Assembly: GCA_051531975.1 (NCBI GenBank)
Contig: JAOPTT010000002.1
Location: 313,968-377,967 of the forward strand
Direction: 5' to 3'
Length of the DNA stretch: 64,000 bases
Origin: Spirochaetaceae bacterium
GTDB taxonomy: Bacteria > Spirochaetota > Spirochaetia > DSM-2461
Shown: one piece after another, positions 1 through 10,317 of the stretch
Layout: each line of letters opens with the position of its first letter
Numbering within the stretch: the stretch's first letter is position 1
Position numbers and translations under genes: made by a program
Notes under the pieces: model-generated
Databases searched by the model: none
What the model saw: the letters and a program-made list of their open reading frames with translations, nothing else
Told to the model about the DNA's origin: nothing

Positions 1-414
1 AATAAGTGCACCATTTAAAGAATCCGTTGTTGAATACGCTTTTAAATGCTGAATATGTGCTCGAACACCTTCTGGTATAGTTGAAAAGCTAGCCCCCTGT
101 TTTCCATCAAATGAACCTAATCCACAAAAATTGTTTTGTGTATTTACAACTAATCCACCATAAGATAAAAAACCTGTTTCAAGGCACATCTGGACAAATG
201 CGACATCCCAGTTAATACCCTCTTTTTTTGCTTCCTCTATATAAACGGTTGCAAATTCAATTGTTAACTCATCACCAAGTTCTTCATTACCGCTAGATAA
301 AAAAAGAGCAAGAGTCTCTGGGGAGCTACTACCTATAGAGTATATTTTATCATTAATTCCAAACAAACTATTAGCAAATAGTAATAATAGATTAATTATT
401 AGCAATCTTTTCAT
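1..414 (-). CDS. Secreted glucosaminidase (GH73-like peptidoglycan hydrolase); 3' end runs off the window
   Basis: Not in the ORF track. Manual translation from ATG at 414 gives MKRLLIINLLLLFANSLFG (signal peptide) ... YIEEAKKEGINWDVAFVQMCLETGFL ... QNNFCGLG ... EGVRAHIQHLKAY, and the frame is open to position 1. Confidence 0.85.
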   Translation of the reverse strand, partial: MKRLLIINLLLLFANSLFGINDKIYSIGSSSPETLALFLSSGNEELGDELTIEFATVYIEEAKKEGINWDVAFVQMCLETGFLSYGGLVVNTQNNFCGLGSFDGKQGASFSTIPEGVRAHIQHLKAYSTTDSLNGALI

Positions 415-592
415 ACTTTTTTATTTTAATCTAATATTAGTAAATAAAACAAGTTAAAAAAGCTGATGGTTATTAATTTATATGATATGAATCTGATTTT
501 ATCATTATTGTTTCTATTTTTAATTTAAATAAAGAGTTGAAGATAAATGCATATCTCTTTATCTATATTGTTTAATAATTTAATATAGTTAT

Positions 593-1891
593 ATGAGTAA
601 TGAATTAGAGTTAGTTGATAACAACGAAATAATATCAGAAAAGTGTGAAGCTGCATTTTTAGTTGGTATTAGAGAACAGGGCGAAAAAGATGCTGATGCA
701 CAAGAGCACTTAGAAGAATTAGTATCATTAGTCGACACTATGGGGATACCAGTTGTAGCTACTGCACAAGCAATTATACGAACACCAAATCCTAAACTTT
801 TTATCGGGTCCGGTAAATTAGATGAAATTATTGAAAAAGCCAAAGAAGTCGAGTCTGACTTAATAATATTTGATGCCGAACTTTCTCCAAGACAACAAAG
901 AAATATCGAAGAACTTTCTGGTATGACTATAATTGATCGACAAGAAGTTATTTTAGATATTTTTGCAGATCGGGCTAGTACAAAAGAAGCCACACTGCAG
1001 GTTCAATTAGCCAGATTAGAATATTCACTTCCGAGATTAACCAGAGCATGGACTCACTTATCAAGACAGCGTGGTGGGGCAAAAGGAAACAGAGGGAAAG
1101 GTGAAACACAATTAGAAAGTGACCGAAGAATGGTTATGAAATATATTGGAACACTAAAAAAAGAGATAAAAGAAGTTCAAAAGAGTAGAAATCTAATGAG
1201 AAAAAAACGAGCAGCGAGACCTGTTCCTTCCGCTGCTATTGTAGGTTATACAAATGCTGGTAAGTCTTCCTTATTAAATTTCTTAACAGGCAGTGACGTA
1301 TTAACAGAAGACAAATTATTTGCAACTTTAGATCCAACTTCTAGAAAGATTTCACTACCTGGTGGTCGAGAATTTATATTAACTGACACAGTAGGTTTTA
1401 TTAGGAAACTACCCCACGACTTAGTTGATGCATTTAAATCTACATTAGAAGAGGCAGCTTTCGCAGACTTTATAATTCATGTATTAGATATAACAAACCC
1501 TAATGTAATGCACCATCATAATGTGACATTAGAAGTTTTAGAAGATCTAGGAATCAAAGATAAAAAAATAATCACTGTATTAAATAAAATGGATATACTA
1601 GAAGAAGATACACCAGAAGTTTTAAATATTAGAGAATTTCCAGATGCTGTTCAAATCTCAACTTATACAGGGCAAGGAGTAGATGAGTTAACTGAGAAAG
1701 TACATAGTATATTAAAAGAGATTAATATCGAAATAAAATTACTTATACCTTTAGACCGGTGGGATATAATTGCACTACTTAAAAGAGAAGGTCATATTAT
1801 GTCTGAAGAGTACCTAGATAATGGTATTGAAGTACACGTATCTGTATCTGATAAAATAAGAAATCAATTAAAAGAGTATTCTATAGATTAA
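593..1891 (+). CDS. hflX: Ribosome-splitting GTPase HflX
   Basis: LSPRQQRNIEE, DRQEVILDIFA, G1 GYTNAGKS, LFATLDPT, DTVGFI, NKMD. Confidence 0.97.
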   Translation: MSNELELVDNNEIISEKCEAAFLVGIREQGEKDADAQEHLEELVSLVDTMGIPVVATAQAIIRTPNPKLFIGSGKLDEIIEKAKEVESDLIIFDAELSPRQQRNIEELSGMTIIDRQEVILDIFADRASTKEATLQVQLARLEYSLPRLTRAWTHLSRQRGGAKGNRGKGETQLESDRRMVMKYIGTLKKEIKEVQKSRNLMRKKRAARPVPSAAIVGYTNAGKSSLLNFLTGSDVLTEDKLFATLDPTSRKISLPGGREFILTDTVGFIRKLPHDLVDAFKSTLEEAAFADFIIHVLDITNPNVMHHHNVTLEVLEDLGIKDKKIITVLNKMDILEEDTPEVLNIREFPDAVQISTYTGQGVDELTEKVHSILKEINIEIKLLIPLDRWDIIALLKREGHIMSEEYLDNGIEVHVSVSDKIRNQLKEYSID

Positions 1892-1915
1892 AAGACAACG
1901 TAAAGGGTTACTCCT

Positions 1916-3439
1916 TTACTTGTCCTTTATAGAGTGTTGTATTAGCTGAACCATATAAAATAGTTTTTTATAAGTCTTAAGCATATCAGCTTCTAAGGGT
2001 ACTTCCTGGGTAGCTTGTAGATCTTTCCAGTTAATTATTAGTTCAACCTTTCCAGCTTTAAACTCTTCTAAGATAGCTTTTATAATATTCCCTAAGGTTA
2101 TTAAGTTCTTAACTGAAGTGCTAACAATCTCTTTAGCTTGGGCATTTACGTTTTTAATCTCACTATCTAGAGCGTTTTTAGCAATCATATCTTTACCAGC
2201 TTTTCTTAACATGGCCTTAATTCTACTACCAGTATTTTCGTCATCACTAAGAGATTGATCAAGCTCAAGACTCTGTGGTAATACTTCTTGAATTTGATGA
2301 AATGCCTCAGAAAATTCCTGACTTGTAACATGGGTAGACCACTGGCCTTTAATTAATAATGTCTCAATAACTGTTTTTGTTTCAGTTTTAAAATAATCAA
2401 GATAATAAGCCCGCAAATAGTTTATAGAATCAACATAAGTATATCCTTGCAATTCCTTTTTTTCATATGTTATATTGGCATGTTTAGTATAATACTTACT
2501 ACGTTCTACAGTAGTTACATCACCAAATATCATTTCGATATACTTAGTAATTGCCTGCTCTTTCTTCTGCTTCATGACACCTTTTAGCGCATTCTCTGCA
2601 TCTTCTCTGATAGCTTTTATATAGTCTTCAACTATAGAGATCTCTTCTAAGGAAAAAATAACTTCATAATATGGGTCTTCATCAACTATTTTAACAAGAT
2701 TTAGTAAAATATCTGAACTTTTAACATCCTGAATAGATCTAATAACCTTTGACCAGTTTTTCATATCCATCGTCATATTATCTCTATATTTGGCAAATAT
2801 TGCAAAAATATCTTTCCAATTAGTATTATTATCAACAATAGCTAAAACTTCTAAAAAGTCTTTTAAGTCCTCACCAATATATGTGGCATTAATATCTGAG
2901 AAATTTGGTTTATATAAAAAGTCGTAATTAGGTAATCTTGAATCAAACTTTTTTAATAAGAAGTAGTAGTTGTAACATGACAACTCTTTAAATATTAACA
3001 TTAAAGTAAATGTATTATTTATCTGATTAGTAAGATCACTTGAAAAGCTAGATACTAAGGAAATGATCTCTTTTTGAATTCCACTTGCGCTAAGTTTTAC
3101 ATTTTTACTTGTCTTTAAACGCTTATTTATCGCTTCAATAGATAATCGGTCTACGGCTTCTAATTGCTTTTCAGACATAAAATTTTCAACGATCATTCGC
3201 TTAAATTCTTTAGAGCTTTCAATATTTCCTAAGATATCAGAATAAGGAGCCACAGCTTTATATATATTATAAAAAAATTGAGCAATGTTAATTGTAACTT
3301 CATCTTTTTTTACATTATAAAACTTACTATTTTTTTTGAGACCTTTTTTAATTTCTTTAATAATTTTTTTATTTTTGGCGTTAGGATCTTCTTTCCCACC
3401 AAATATTGTCATTATTTTTTCTATTATATCAGCAAACAT
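1916..3439 (-). CDS. Conserved spirochaete helical protein (DUF5312-like)
   Basis: 507-aa helical ORF. The N-terminus (IFGGKEDPNAKNKKIIKEIKK) resembles treponemal DUF5312 proteins from memory. It has its own TTGACA-17-TAAATT promoter. Confidence 0.55.
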   Translation of the reverse strand: MFADIIEKIMTIFGGKEDPNAKNKKIIKEIKKGLKKNSKFYNVKKDEVTINIAQFFYNIYKAVAPYSDILGNIESSKEFKRMIVENFMSEKQLEAVDRLSIEAINKRLKTSKNVKLSASGIQKEIISLVSSFSSDLTNQINNTFTLMLIFKELSCYNYYFLLKKFDSRLPNYDFLYKPNFSDINATYIGEDLKDFLEVLAIVDNNTNWKDIFAIFAKYRDNMTMDMKNWSKVIRSIQDVKSSDILLNLVKIVDEDPYYEVIFSLEEISIVEDYIKAIREDAENALKGVMKQKKEQAITKYIEMIFGDVTTVERSKYYTKHANITYEKKELQGYTYVDSINYLRAYYLDYFKTETKTVIETLLIKGQWSTHVTSQEFSEAFHQIQEVLPQSLELDQSLSDDENTGSRIKAMLRKAGKDMIAKNALDSEIKNVNAQAKEIVSTSVKNLITLGNIIKAILEEFKAGKVELIINWKDLQATQEVPLEADMLKTYKKLFYMVQLIQHSIKDK

Positions 3440-3445
3440 CCTTAT

Positions 3446-3531
3446 AATTTATGCTATAAACAGCCCAATGTCAACGACAATATATACTACAAAATACTCT
3501 ATTTGAAACTCTTGTATCTATGAACTATACT
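3446..3531. promoter_or_regulatory. Back-to-back sigma70 promoters for the divergent genes
   Basis: Minus strand: TTGACA (3474-3469), 17 nt, TAAATT (3451-3446). Plus strand: TTGAAA (3503-3508), 17 nt, TATACT (3526-3531). Each -10 ends 6 nt before an ATG (3439 and 3538). Confidence 0.7.
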
Positions 3532-4827
3532 ATGATTATGAATAGTATAGCTTTAAAATTAAATCAGGATTTACATGGAACTCAGGCAAGTTTTTTACTT
3601 TCAGATATGGGTAATAGACTTTTTTTTCCAAAAGGAATCGTTGCTCAAGCAGCCGAGGCTTCAGCAAAAGCAAAAAAGTATAACGCTACAGCAGGTATGG
3701 CAATCAAGAATGGGAAACCTTTAATACTTTCCAGTATTGAAAACTGTATCGATGGAATTGAGGCCAAAGATTTTATTACTTATGCACCAACACCTGGAAT
3801 TAAAGAACTCAGAGAATTATGGTTAAAAGGCATCAGAAAGAAGAACCCTAGCATTAAAAACGTTAATACATCATTACCAATTGTTGTCCCAGGTTTAACT
3901 AGTGGTATAAGCTTAACAGCGGATCTATTTTTAAACCCAGGAGATAATATAGTAATACCAGATCTGCACTGGGGAAATTACAACCTTATATTTCAAGCAA
4001 GAAAAGAGGTTAACATTAAAGAGTTTTCATTTTTTAATTCTGGGAACAGAGTAAATACTGAAGGTCTTAAAAATGCTTTAATTAAATCAGCAATAAATAA
4101 CAAAGTATCACTACTATTAAACTTCCCAAATAATCCAACAGGATATAGTCCAACTATAGATGAGGCAAAAACTATTGCTGAAACCTTAAAAGAAGTAGCA
4201 GATACCGGAATAAAAATATTAGTAATTACAGACGATGCATATTTTGGACTTTTTTATGAAGAGAATATCTATAAAGAATCTATTTTCTCTTTAGTTGCGG
4301 ACCTTCATGACAATATTCTTGCAGTTAAAATAGATGGCGCAACAAAAGAAGACTATGCATGGGGTTTAAGGGTTGGATTTATCACTTTTGCAGGTAGAGG
4401 TTTAACTGAGGTTCATACTAGTGCTTTAGAACAAAAACTTATGGGAGCAGTTAGATCCTCTTTTTCAAGTTCTCCAAAACTAAGTCAAAGTCTTGTGATT
4501 AAAGCTTTAAAGTCAGAAAGTTATAATAAAGACAAAAGGGACTTTGAAGATCTAATGAAAAAAAGATATATAAAAGTAAATCAGATCCTTAAAAATAGAA
4601 CTACTGGATTAAAATTAAAAGAGTATCCTTTTAACTCAGGATATTTCATGAATTTTAAAACTGAAAAGGGATATAACGAAAGATTAAGACAAGAGTTATT
4701 AAAACTTGGTATTGGTTCAATTGCTCTAGGAGATACAAGTTTTAGAATTGCATACTCAAGTGTTGATATTGATCAACTAGAAGATCTTTACAATATTATT
4801 TTTGATTGTTCTGATAATCTTCAATAA
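3520..4827 (+). CDS. PLP-dependent aminotransferase class I/II (true start probably ATG 3538)
   Basis: NFPNNPTGY, DDAYFGLFYE, PLP-lysine region KIDGATKEDYAWGLRVGF. Confidence 0.9.
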   Translation: MNYTMIMNSIALKLNQDLHGTQASFLLSDMGNRLFFPKGIVAQAAEASAKAKKYNATAGMAIKNGKPLILSSIENCIDGIEAKDFITYAPTPGIKELRELWLKGIRKKNPSIKNVNTSLPIVVPGLTSGISLTADLFLNPGDNIVIPDLHWGNYNLIFQARKEVNIKEFSFFNSGNRVNTEGLKNALIKSAINNKVSLLLNFPNNPTGYSPTIDEAKTIAETLKEVADTGIKILVITDDAYFGLFYEENIYKESIFSLVADLHDNILAVKIDGATKEDYAWGLRVGFITFAGRGLTEVHTSALEQKLMGAVRSSFSSSPKLSQSLVIKALKSESYNKDKRDFEDLMKKRYIKVNQILKNRTTGLKLKEYPFNSGYFMNFKTEKGYNERLRQELLKLGIGSIALGDTSFRIAYSSVDIDQLEDLYNIIFDCSDNLQ

Positions 4828-5317
4828 ATTTCAAATCCTCTTCTATGTTTTTTATCTCTTTGAGACCTAAACATAGAGGGGTTTTATTTTTATTCTCTTT
4901 TAAATCCTCAATAACAGCTAATTCATATAGTTCCAAAAGTATTTTACCAAATGAGTAAATATTATATTCATAGTTATCAACTAATATATTTCGTACAGAT
5001 TTCTCTTGTGGACTTAAATTTAATTCGAGAGAAGTTATATTAGTAATAGAAGAAAATTTTGGTAAAACATCAGTATTCACACTTTTTAAAAATTCAACAA
5101 AAGGAATAATTACATCGTAAATTTCCTCTATTTTAAAATTTTTTCTACCATACAAAAGACTTTTTTGACCTTCTAAACGAATAATAGTATCCCAATATTT
5201 TTCTTTCATCTTAGCATGTAAAGATATATTTCGAACTGTTTTTGTAAATAGATAGTTATAAAAATGTTGCTGTAATGCATCGATCTTATCTAGCATTTCT
5301 TTGTTTTCTGAAATCAC
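4796..5317 (-). CDS. Hypothetical protein
   Basis: 173-aa ORF. Its GTG start overlaps the stop of the radical SAM gene (GTGA). Confidence 0.65.
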   Translation of the reverse strand: MISENKEMLDKIDALQQHFYNYLFTKTVRNISLHAKMKEKYWDTIIRLEGQKSLLYGRKNFKIEEIYDVIIPFVEFLKSVNTDVLPKFSSITNITSLELNLSPQEKSVRNILVDNYEYNIYSFGKILLELYELAVIEDLKENKNKTPLCLGLKEIKNIEEDLKFIEDYQNNQK

Positions 5318-6246
5318 AACTTCTCCTGTTTAAAATAGTACCCCTGATTGGTTCCTCTAGTATATAGTATATCTCTTACCTTATTATATACAATTGATTT
5401 ATCTAAAAAATATCCAGGGACTAAGTGCCTACTGCCAGGAGTATCTGTATTAACTCTCATTACAACAGTTTTTGGCGATAGTTGTTCTATCGCATCAGCT
5501 ACATATTCAGAATGTCTACTACTAGATGGGAATGACAGTTCTCCTCTTAGATATTCATCATACATTTTAGTTCCGGTTGGGATATGTAAATTATGAAATT
5601 TAATCCCATCGGGCTCTAGTTTAGCAACTTTTATTACACTATCTAATATTTCAGAATAGTCCTCTTCAGGCAGTCCAAAAATCAGATGTACAGCAATTTT
5701 TATATTAAATTTCTTTAACATGTTATATGATTCTAAAAAATCAGAATATGTATGACCTCTATTTATACGTTCTAAAGTATTGTCATTGCATGTTTGAATC
5801 CCAAGCTCAATCCACACATCAAAACCATCGTTTACATAACTTTGTAATAGTTCACAAATCTCAAGGGTTATACAATCAGGTCTTGTTGATATAACAAGCT
5901 CTTTAAAGTTCCCTAAGGATAGACCATAGTCATAAATACTTTTCAATTTAGATACATCCAAATATGTATTTGAATAAGCTTGGAAATAGAGTATAAAATC
6001 TTCTGCATCATACCGTTTTTTTAAAAAAGAGATACTTTTATTTACTTGATCTTTAATTAAAGTTTCACTATCCCCAAGGTAAGCACTTCGTGCCCCAAAA
6101 CTTCCACAGAATGTACAACCATGATCATTACGCCCCTGGACTCTATTAGGACATGAAAAACCACCATCAACACCAACACGATAGACAACTTTGTTATATC
6201 TGTTTTTTAAATAATCGCTATAAGTTAAGAACAGTGCTTTTTCCAT
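5314..6246 (-). CDS. Radical SAM protein, TIGR01212/YhcC family
   Basis: GGFSCPNR...GCTFC cluster motif, YFQAYSNTY, STRPDC, ELGIQT, RINRGH, HLIFGLP, GIKFHNL. Confidence 0.92.
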   Translation of the reverse strand: MEKALFLTYSDYLKNRYNKVVYRVGVDGGFSCPNRVQGRNDHGCTFCGSFGARSAYLGDSETLIKDQVNKSISFLKKRYDAEDFILYFQAYSNTYLDVSKLKSIYDYGLSLGNFKELVISTRPDCITLEICELLQSYVNDGFDVWIELGIQTCNDNTLERINRGHTYSDFLESYNMLKKFNIKIAVHLIFGLPEEDYSEILDSVIKVAKLEPDGIKFHNLHIPTGTKMYDEYLRGELSFPSSSRHSEYVADAIEQLSPKTVVMRVNTDTPGSRHLVPGYFLDKSIVYNKVRDILYTRGTNQGYYFKQEKL

Positions 6247-6321
6247 GTTTTATTATTTCATATCTAAGATATAAAGAACAACCCAATTGACATCTAACAG
6301 AGTGTTATCTAATATAATTTC

Positions 6322-7473
6322 ATGAAACAACTTTTTACACTCACTCTGTTATTATTATTACTATCATGTAATAAAGAAAAATTGACAATATTAACCCTAA
6401 ATACAAATCTCCCTGAGGTTGTACCATTTATCGAAGAGTTCAATAGACAAAATAGAAATATAAAGATTTTATTAGAGTCTACTCTAGATAGTGAAAAACA
6501 AGGTGATCTTGTTATATTTAAAGGAGATAAAAGTGGTAGTCCATATAAAACCTTAAATATTCAACACATGTTAAATAAGCAGATAAATTCTAATCTATTT
6601 TATGTAGATCTATTGGAATCTACAATGAACTCAGATGGTAGTATTGACCTACTTCCTCTTACTTTTGACGTTTCAGGTCTAATTTATAATAAAATAAATT
6701 TCCAACATGAAAGGTCCATAAAAGTAGAAAACTTTATTGATGATCATAATTTAAAATTTTCACCTTACTGGGATACAAGATTTATAATTTGGTATTATTT
6801 AGCGAACTTACCAAACTTTGATTCCCAAAACAGTTATTTTGATAATCAAATATTCAAAAATACAATTCTGAAAACAAATAATTTTTTGAGCGAAAGAACA
6901 GATGACTGGAATGAAGACATATTTAACAATAAATATCTCCACTTATCTCCAGAACTGCTGCTTAATACTTCAAAAATTGATTATTACTACCTCACCTTTT
7001 GTGAATATATAAAATTAAATACAACTGAATCAAATATAATGTTTTCATTTCTAAGCACTAACGATTTAATTCTTACGAATGACTTTTTGACATATATTGG
7101 TATAACAAAGCAGAGCAAAAACAAAAAGAAAGCTGAGGATGTATTAACTTGGATGTTTAATGAAAAAAACCAAGAAAATTTTATTAAAGCAAATTCAAAT
7201 AGATCAGCTACAACGAATCTTTTAAATGGAGAACTTTCCACTCTTAAAAATATAACTATAAACATACTACCCAAATACTACCCGGGATTAAAAAAACTAA
7301 TTCCACAAATTGATATTTTTACCGTTCCTAAAAATTTACCACCACTATGGAATAGCTTAAAAGATGAAGTATTTATCCCTTTATTAAAAGAAAGTAAATC
7401 TAAACTAAACATGAATTGGCAAAAGAAATATGATGATTTGTATGAAGAATGGTCAAAAAAGCATAATAAGTAA
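6322..7473 (+). CDS. Lipoprotein resembling a divergent sugar ABC solute-binding protein
   Basis: Lipobox LLLSC. SBP family-1-like segments include IEEFNRQNRNIKI, LLPLTFDVSGLIYNK and GITKQSKNKKKAEDVLTWM. Confidence 0.6.
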   Translation: MKQLFTLTLLLLLLSCNKEKLTILTLNTNLPEVVPFIEEFNRQNRNIKILLESTLDSEKQGDLVIFKGDKSGSPYKTLNIQHMLNKQINSNLFYVDLLESTMNSDGSIDLLPLTFDVSGLIYNKINFQHERSIKVENFIDDHNLKFSPYWDTRFIIWYYLANLPNFDSQNSYFDNQIFKNTILKTNNFLSERTDDWNEDIFNNKYLHLSPELLLNTSKIDYYYLTFCEYIKLNTTESNIMFSFLSTNDLILTNDFLTYIGITKQSKNKKKAEDVLTWMFNEKNQENFIKANSNRSATTNLLNGELSTLKNITINILPKYYPGLKKLIPQIDIFTVPKNLPPLWNSLKDEVFIPLLKESKSKLNMNWQKKYDDLYEEWSKKHNK

Positions 7474-7482
7474 CATTTTTAT

Positions 7483-7511
7483 TTGACAAGTCATGATAGT
7501 CATAATATATT
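7483..7511 (+). promoter_or_regulatory. sigma70 promoter of the ABC ATPase gene
   Basis: TTGACA (7483-7488), 17 nt, TATATT (7506-7511). Confidence 0.6.
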
Positions 7512-7549
7512 AACTTCATAAAATAAAATAATCCTGAAGGGGTGGTCGA

Positions 7550-8653
7550 ATGGCTGAAGTAAAATTAAAAGACATCGTTAAAGTATATGACGGTGGAGTA
7601 AAGGCAGTTGATAACGTAAATATCGACATAAAAGATGAAGAGTTTGTAGTATTAGTTGGACCTTCTGGTTGTGGTAAATCTACTACACTAAGAATGGTTG
7701 CTGGTTTAGAGGACATTACTGACGGTGAGTTAACAATCGATGGTAAAAGAATGAACGAGGAAGCACCTAAAGATAGAGATATCGCAATGGTTTTCCAAAA
7801 CTACGCATTATACCCACATATGAGTGTTAGAGATAACATGGCATTTGGTTTAAAAATCAGAAAGTATGCTAAAGAAGAGATTGAATCTCGTGTTTCTGAA
7901 GCAGCTGGAATACTTGAAATTGAAGAGCTATTAGAAAGAAAGCCAAAAGCTTTATCTGGTGGACAGAGACAAAGAGTTGCAGTAGGTAGAGCAATTGTAA
8001 GAAAACCTAAAGTATTCTTATTCGATGAGCCTTTATCAAACTTAGATGCTAAATTAAGAGTTCAGATGAGAACTGAGATTTCAGCACTTCATACAAGATT
8101 ACAAGCTACAATGATCTATGTAACACATGACCAGGTAGAAGCTATGACAATGGGTGATAAAATTGTTGTAATGAAAGGTGGAGTTATCCAGCAAATTGGT
8201 AATCCATTATCATTATATAATGAGCCAATAAACCAATTTGTTGCTTCATTTATCGGTTCTCCAGCAATGAATACTGTTTCTGCTAAAGTAAGAGAAGAAA
8301 ATGGTAAAATAATTGTTGATGAGGGTGGATTTGTTATTACAGTTCCTGCTGATAAAGAAGAAGTTATGAAAACATATGTTGGTAAAGATATTCTTATGGG
8401 AATTAGACCAGAAGATGTTGAAGTTAACGAAAAAGCTACTTCTGATGCATACATTAAAGGTACAATTGAAGTTGTTGAACCATTAGGTGATGAGACAATT
8501 TTATATATCAGTACTGCTGATCACCAAATTGTTTGTAAAGTTGAGCCAACAGCTATTTGTAAAGTTGGAGACGAGTTAACATTAACTCCAAACGTTGATA
8601 AGATTAAGTTCTTCGATGTTGAAACTGAAAAATCAATATTCTATAAAGGTTAA
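7550..8653 (+). CDS. Sugar ABC transporter ATP-binding subunit (MsmX/MalK/UgpC family)
   Basis: GPSGCGKST, VFQNYALYPHM, LSGGQRQR, FDEPLSNLDAKLR, THDQVEAM and a C-terminal TOBE region. Confidence 0.96.
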   Translation: MAEVKLKDIVKVYDGGVKAVDNVNIDIKDEEFVVLVGPSGCGKSTTLRMVAGLEDITDGELTIDGKRMNEEAPKDRDIAMVFQNYALYPHMSVRDNMAFGLKIRKYAKEEIESRVSEAAGILEIEELLERKPKALSGGQRQRVAVGRAIVRKPKVFLFDEPLSNLDAKLRVQMRTEISALHTRLQATMIYVTHDQVEAMTMGDKIVVMKGGVIQQIGNPLSLYNEPINQFVASFIGSPAMNTVSAKVREENGKIIVDEGGFVITVPADKEEVMKTYVGKDILMGIRPEDVEVNEKATSDAYIKGTIEVVEPLGDETILYISTADHQIVCKVEPTAICKVGDELTLTPNVDKIKFFDVETEKSIFYKG

Positions 8654-8675
8654 TCAGCACAATTATATTAAATCC

Positions 8676-8705
8676 AAGCCGACTTTTTTAAGTCGGCTTT
8701 TTTTT
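8676..8705 (+). terminator. Rho-independent terminator
   Basis: AAGCCGACTT-tttt-AAGTCGGCTT followed by a T-run. Confidence 0.9.
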
Positions 8706-8764
8706 AGTCGATTGATTTCGCAACAGAATCGTGATATTATATATCATCAATTAATGGAGCAATT

Positions 8765-10285
8765 ATGACTAAAATAAAATGGCTATTTACAATTTTAATA
8801 ATATTTATAGTATCATGTGCATCTACACCTGATGAAACAGTCGAAGAACCTACAACAGATCAAGTAGATCAGACTGTAGTGGAACCAACAGAAGTGGTTA
8901 CTGAAAGTACAGAAACTATTGAAGTTGAACCAGAACCTATTGTAATTGAAGAAGAACCAATTATTATAGAAGAACCGATCGTAATAGAACCTGTAATAGA
9001 AGATATTCCAGAACCATTAGATGAAACTCTTTTAAAAGATGCTAAAAAAGATATTTTTAAAGCACAAGAAGCTAAGGCTCAAACCTATTTTCCATCAAGA
9101 TTGAATGATTTAAAAAATAAATTAGCTGAAGCAAATGCTTTAAAAGATAGCGACCCTGATAAAGCTAGGTTATTATTAGCTGAAATATCAGTAGAAGCAA
9201 AAAAGTTAACACAAGACTCATTAGATGCTTTAAAACATGCATGTATTGAAGTAATAGATTATAAAACAACTAGTTTATTAAAACTTAAAGCCGATAAATA
9301 TACACCAGAAGAATTTATGTTAACACAAGAACAAGCAAAACAAGCAAAAGATGCTTTTGATGCTAACCTCTTTACTGAATCTTTAGCACTTTATAGAATT
9401 TCATATACATCTTTAACAAATCTTTATAACTCATTATCAAAGAATCTAGGGTATTTAGAAAATTTATTGAGACTAATAAATAACTACAAAACTGAAGGCG
9501 AAGCAATTAGTGCAGAAATGTGGGCTCCAAACGAGTACAAACTAGCAGTAGAAAGTTATAAAAAATCCTCTAAGTTATTTTATCAAGATTATGATGCAAT
9601 CGCTGGTGAAGCATCATTAAGAGAGACACACTTTTTAGCTAGAAAAGCTGTAGAACAGGCTAAAATAAATATTGAAGTTGCTAAAACAGACCAGGAGATA
9701 TTAGAATTAATGGCCGAGCTAGAATCAGCATCATCACTAACGATTTTAGACGCGGATGATAATATTATCTCTCCAGAGGAATGGGAAGGAACTGCTGATT
9801 TTATTGAGTCACCAATTGAAGCGGAAGTTGAAAAAGATGAAGAGTCTGGTTTAGAACCTGTTGATTTAGATAAAGATGTGAAAGTAGAATATCCAGAAAT
9901 ATCACAAGCAATAATAAAAATCATACCAAATACTACAAAAGTTCTTGGTGTATTTGATGCAAGAAAATCTATGTTAGCTGAAGCCAAAGAGTTTTGGGCA
10001 TTAGGAATTGAGGCTAGAAACAACGGAGATTTAATTGCAGCGAAACAGTATCTTGCTAAGTCTAAAGTTTACTTAGAAGAGTACAAATCCATGGCAGTAG
10101 ATTACATATATACCGTAATACTGAATCCAGAATTAAGAGATTGTTTATGGAGAATCTCTGAAAAAGATGACTTTTACGGAGATCCATTTTTATGGCAAAA
10201 TATATGGGAAAGGAATAAAAAACTAATACAAGATCCAGACTTAATATACCCTGGCTGGAAACTTATAATTCCCCCATTAGATTAA
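8765..10285 (+). CDS. Lipoprotein with helical repeats and a C-terminal LysM domain (BB0323-like)
   Basis: Lipobox IVSC, E/P-rich tether, C-terminal YTV...DCLWRIS...YGDPFLWQNIWERNK...PDLIYPGWKLIIP. Confidence 0.85.
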   Translation: MTKIKWLFTILIIFIVSCASTPDETVEEPTTDQVDQTVVEPTEVVTESTETIEVEPEPIVIEEEPIIIEEPIVIEPVIEDIPEPLDETLLKDAKKDIFKAQEAKAQTYFPSRLNDLKNKLAEANALKDSDPDKARLLLAEISVEAKKLTQDSLDALKHACIEVIDYKTTSLLKLKADKYTPEEFMLTQEQAKQAKDAFDANLFTESLALYRISYTSLTNLYNSLSKNLGYLENLLRLINNYKTEGEAISAEMWAPNEYKLAVESYKKSSKLFYQDYDAIAGEASLRETHFLARKAVEQAKINIEVAKTDQEILELMAELESASSLTILDADDNIISPEEWEGTADFIESPIEAEVEKDEESGLEPVDLDKDVKVEYPEISQAIIKIIPNTTKVLGVFDARKSMLAEAKEFWALGIEARNNGDLIAAKQYLAKSKVYLEEYKSMAVDYIYTVILNPELRDCLWRISEKDDFYGDPFLWQNIWERNKKLIQDPDLIYPGWKLIIPPLD

Positions 10286-10317
10286 AATAAACTTAATAGA
10301 ACAAACGGAGATAAAAT

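Noticed and set aside
4796..4827. Convergent 3' overlaps (also 16811-16814, 26325-26335, 37595-37629)
   Set aside because: Short tail overlaps are ordinary in compact AT-rich genomes.
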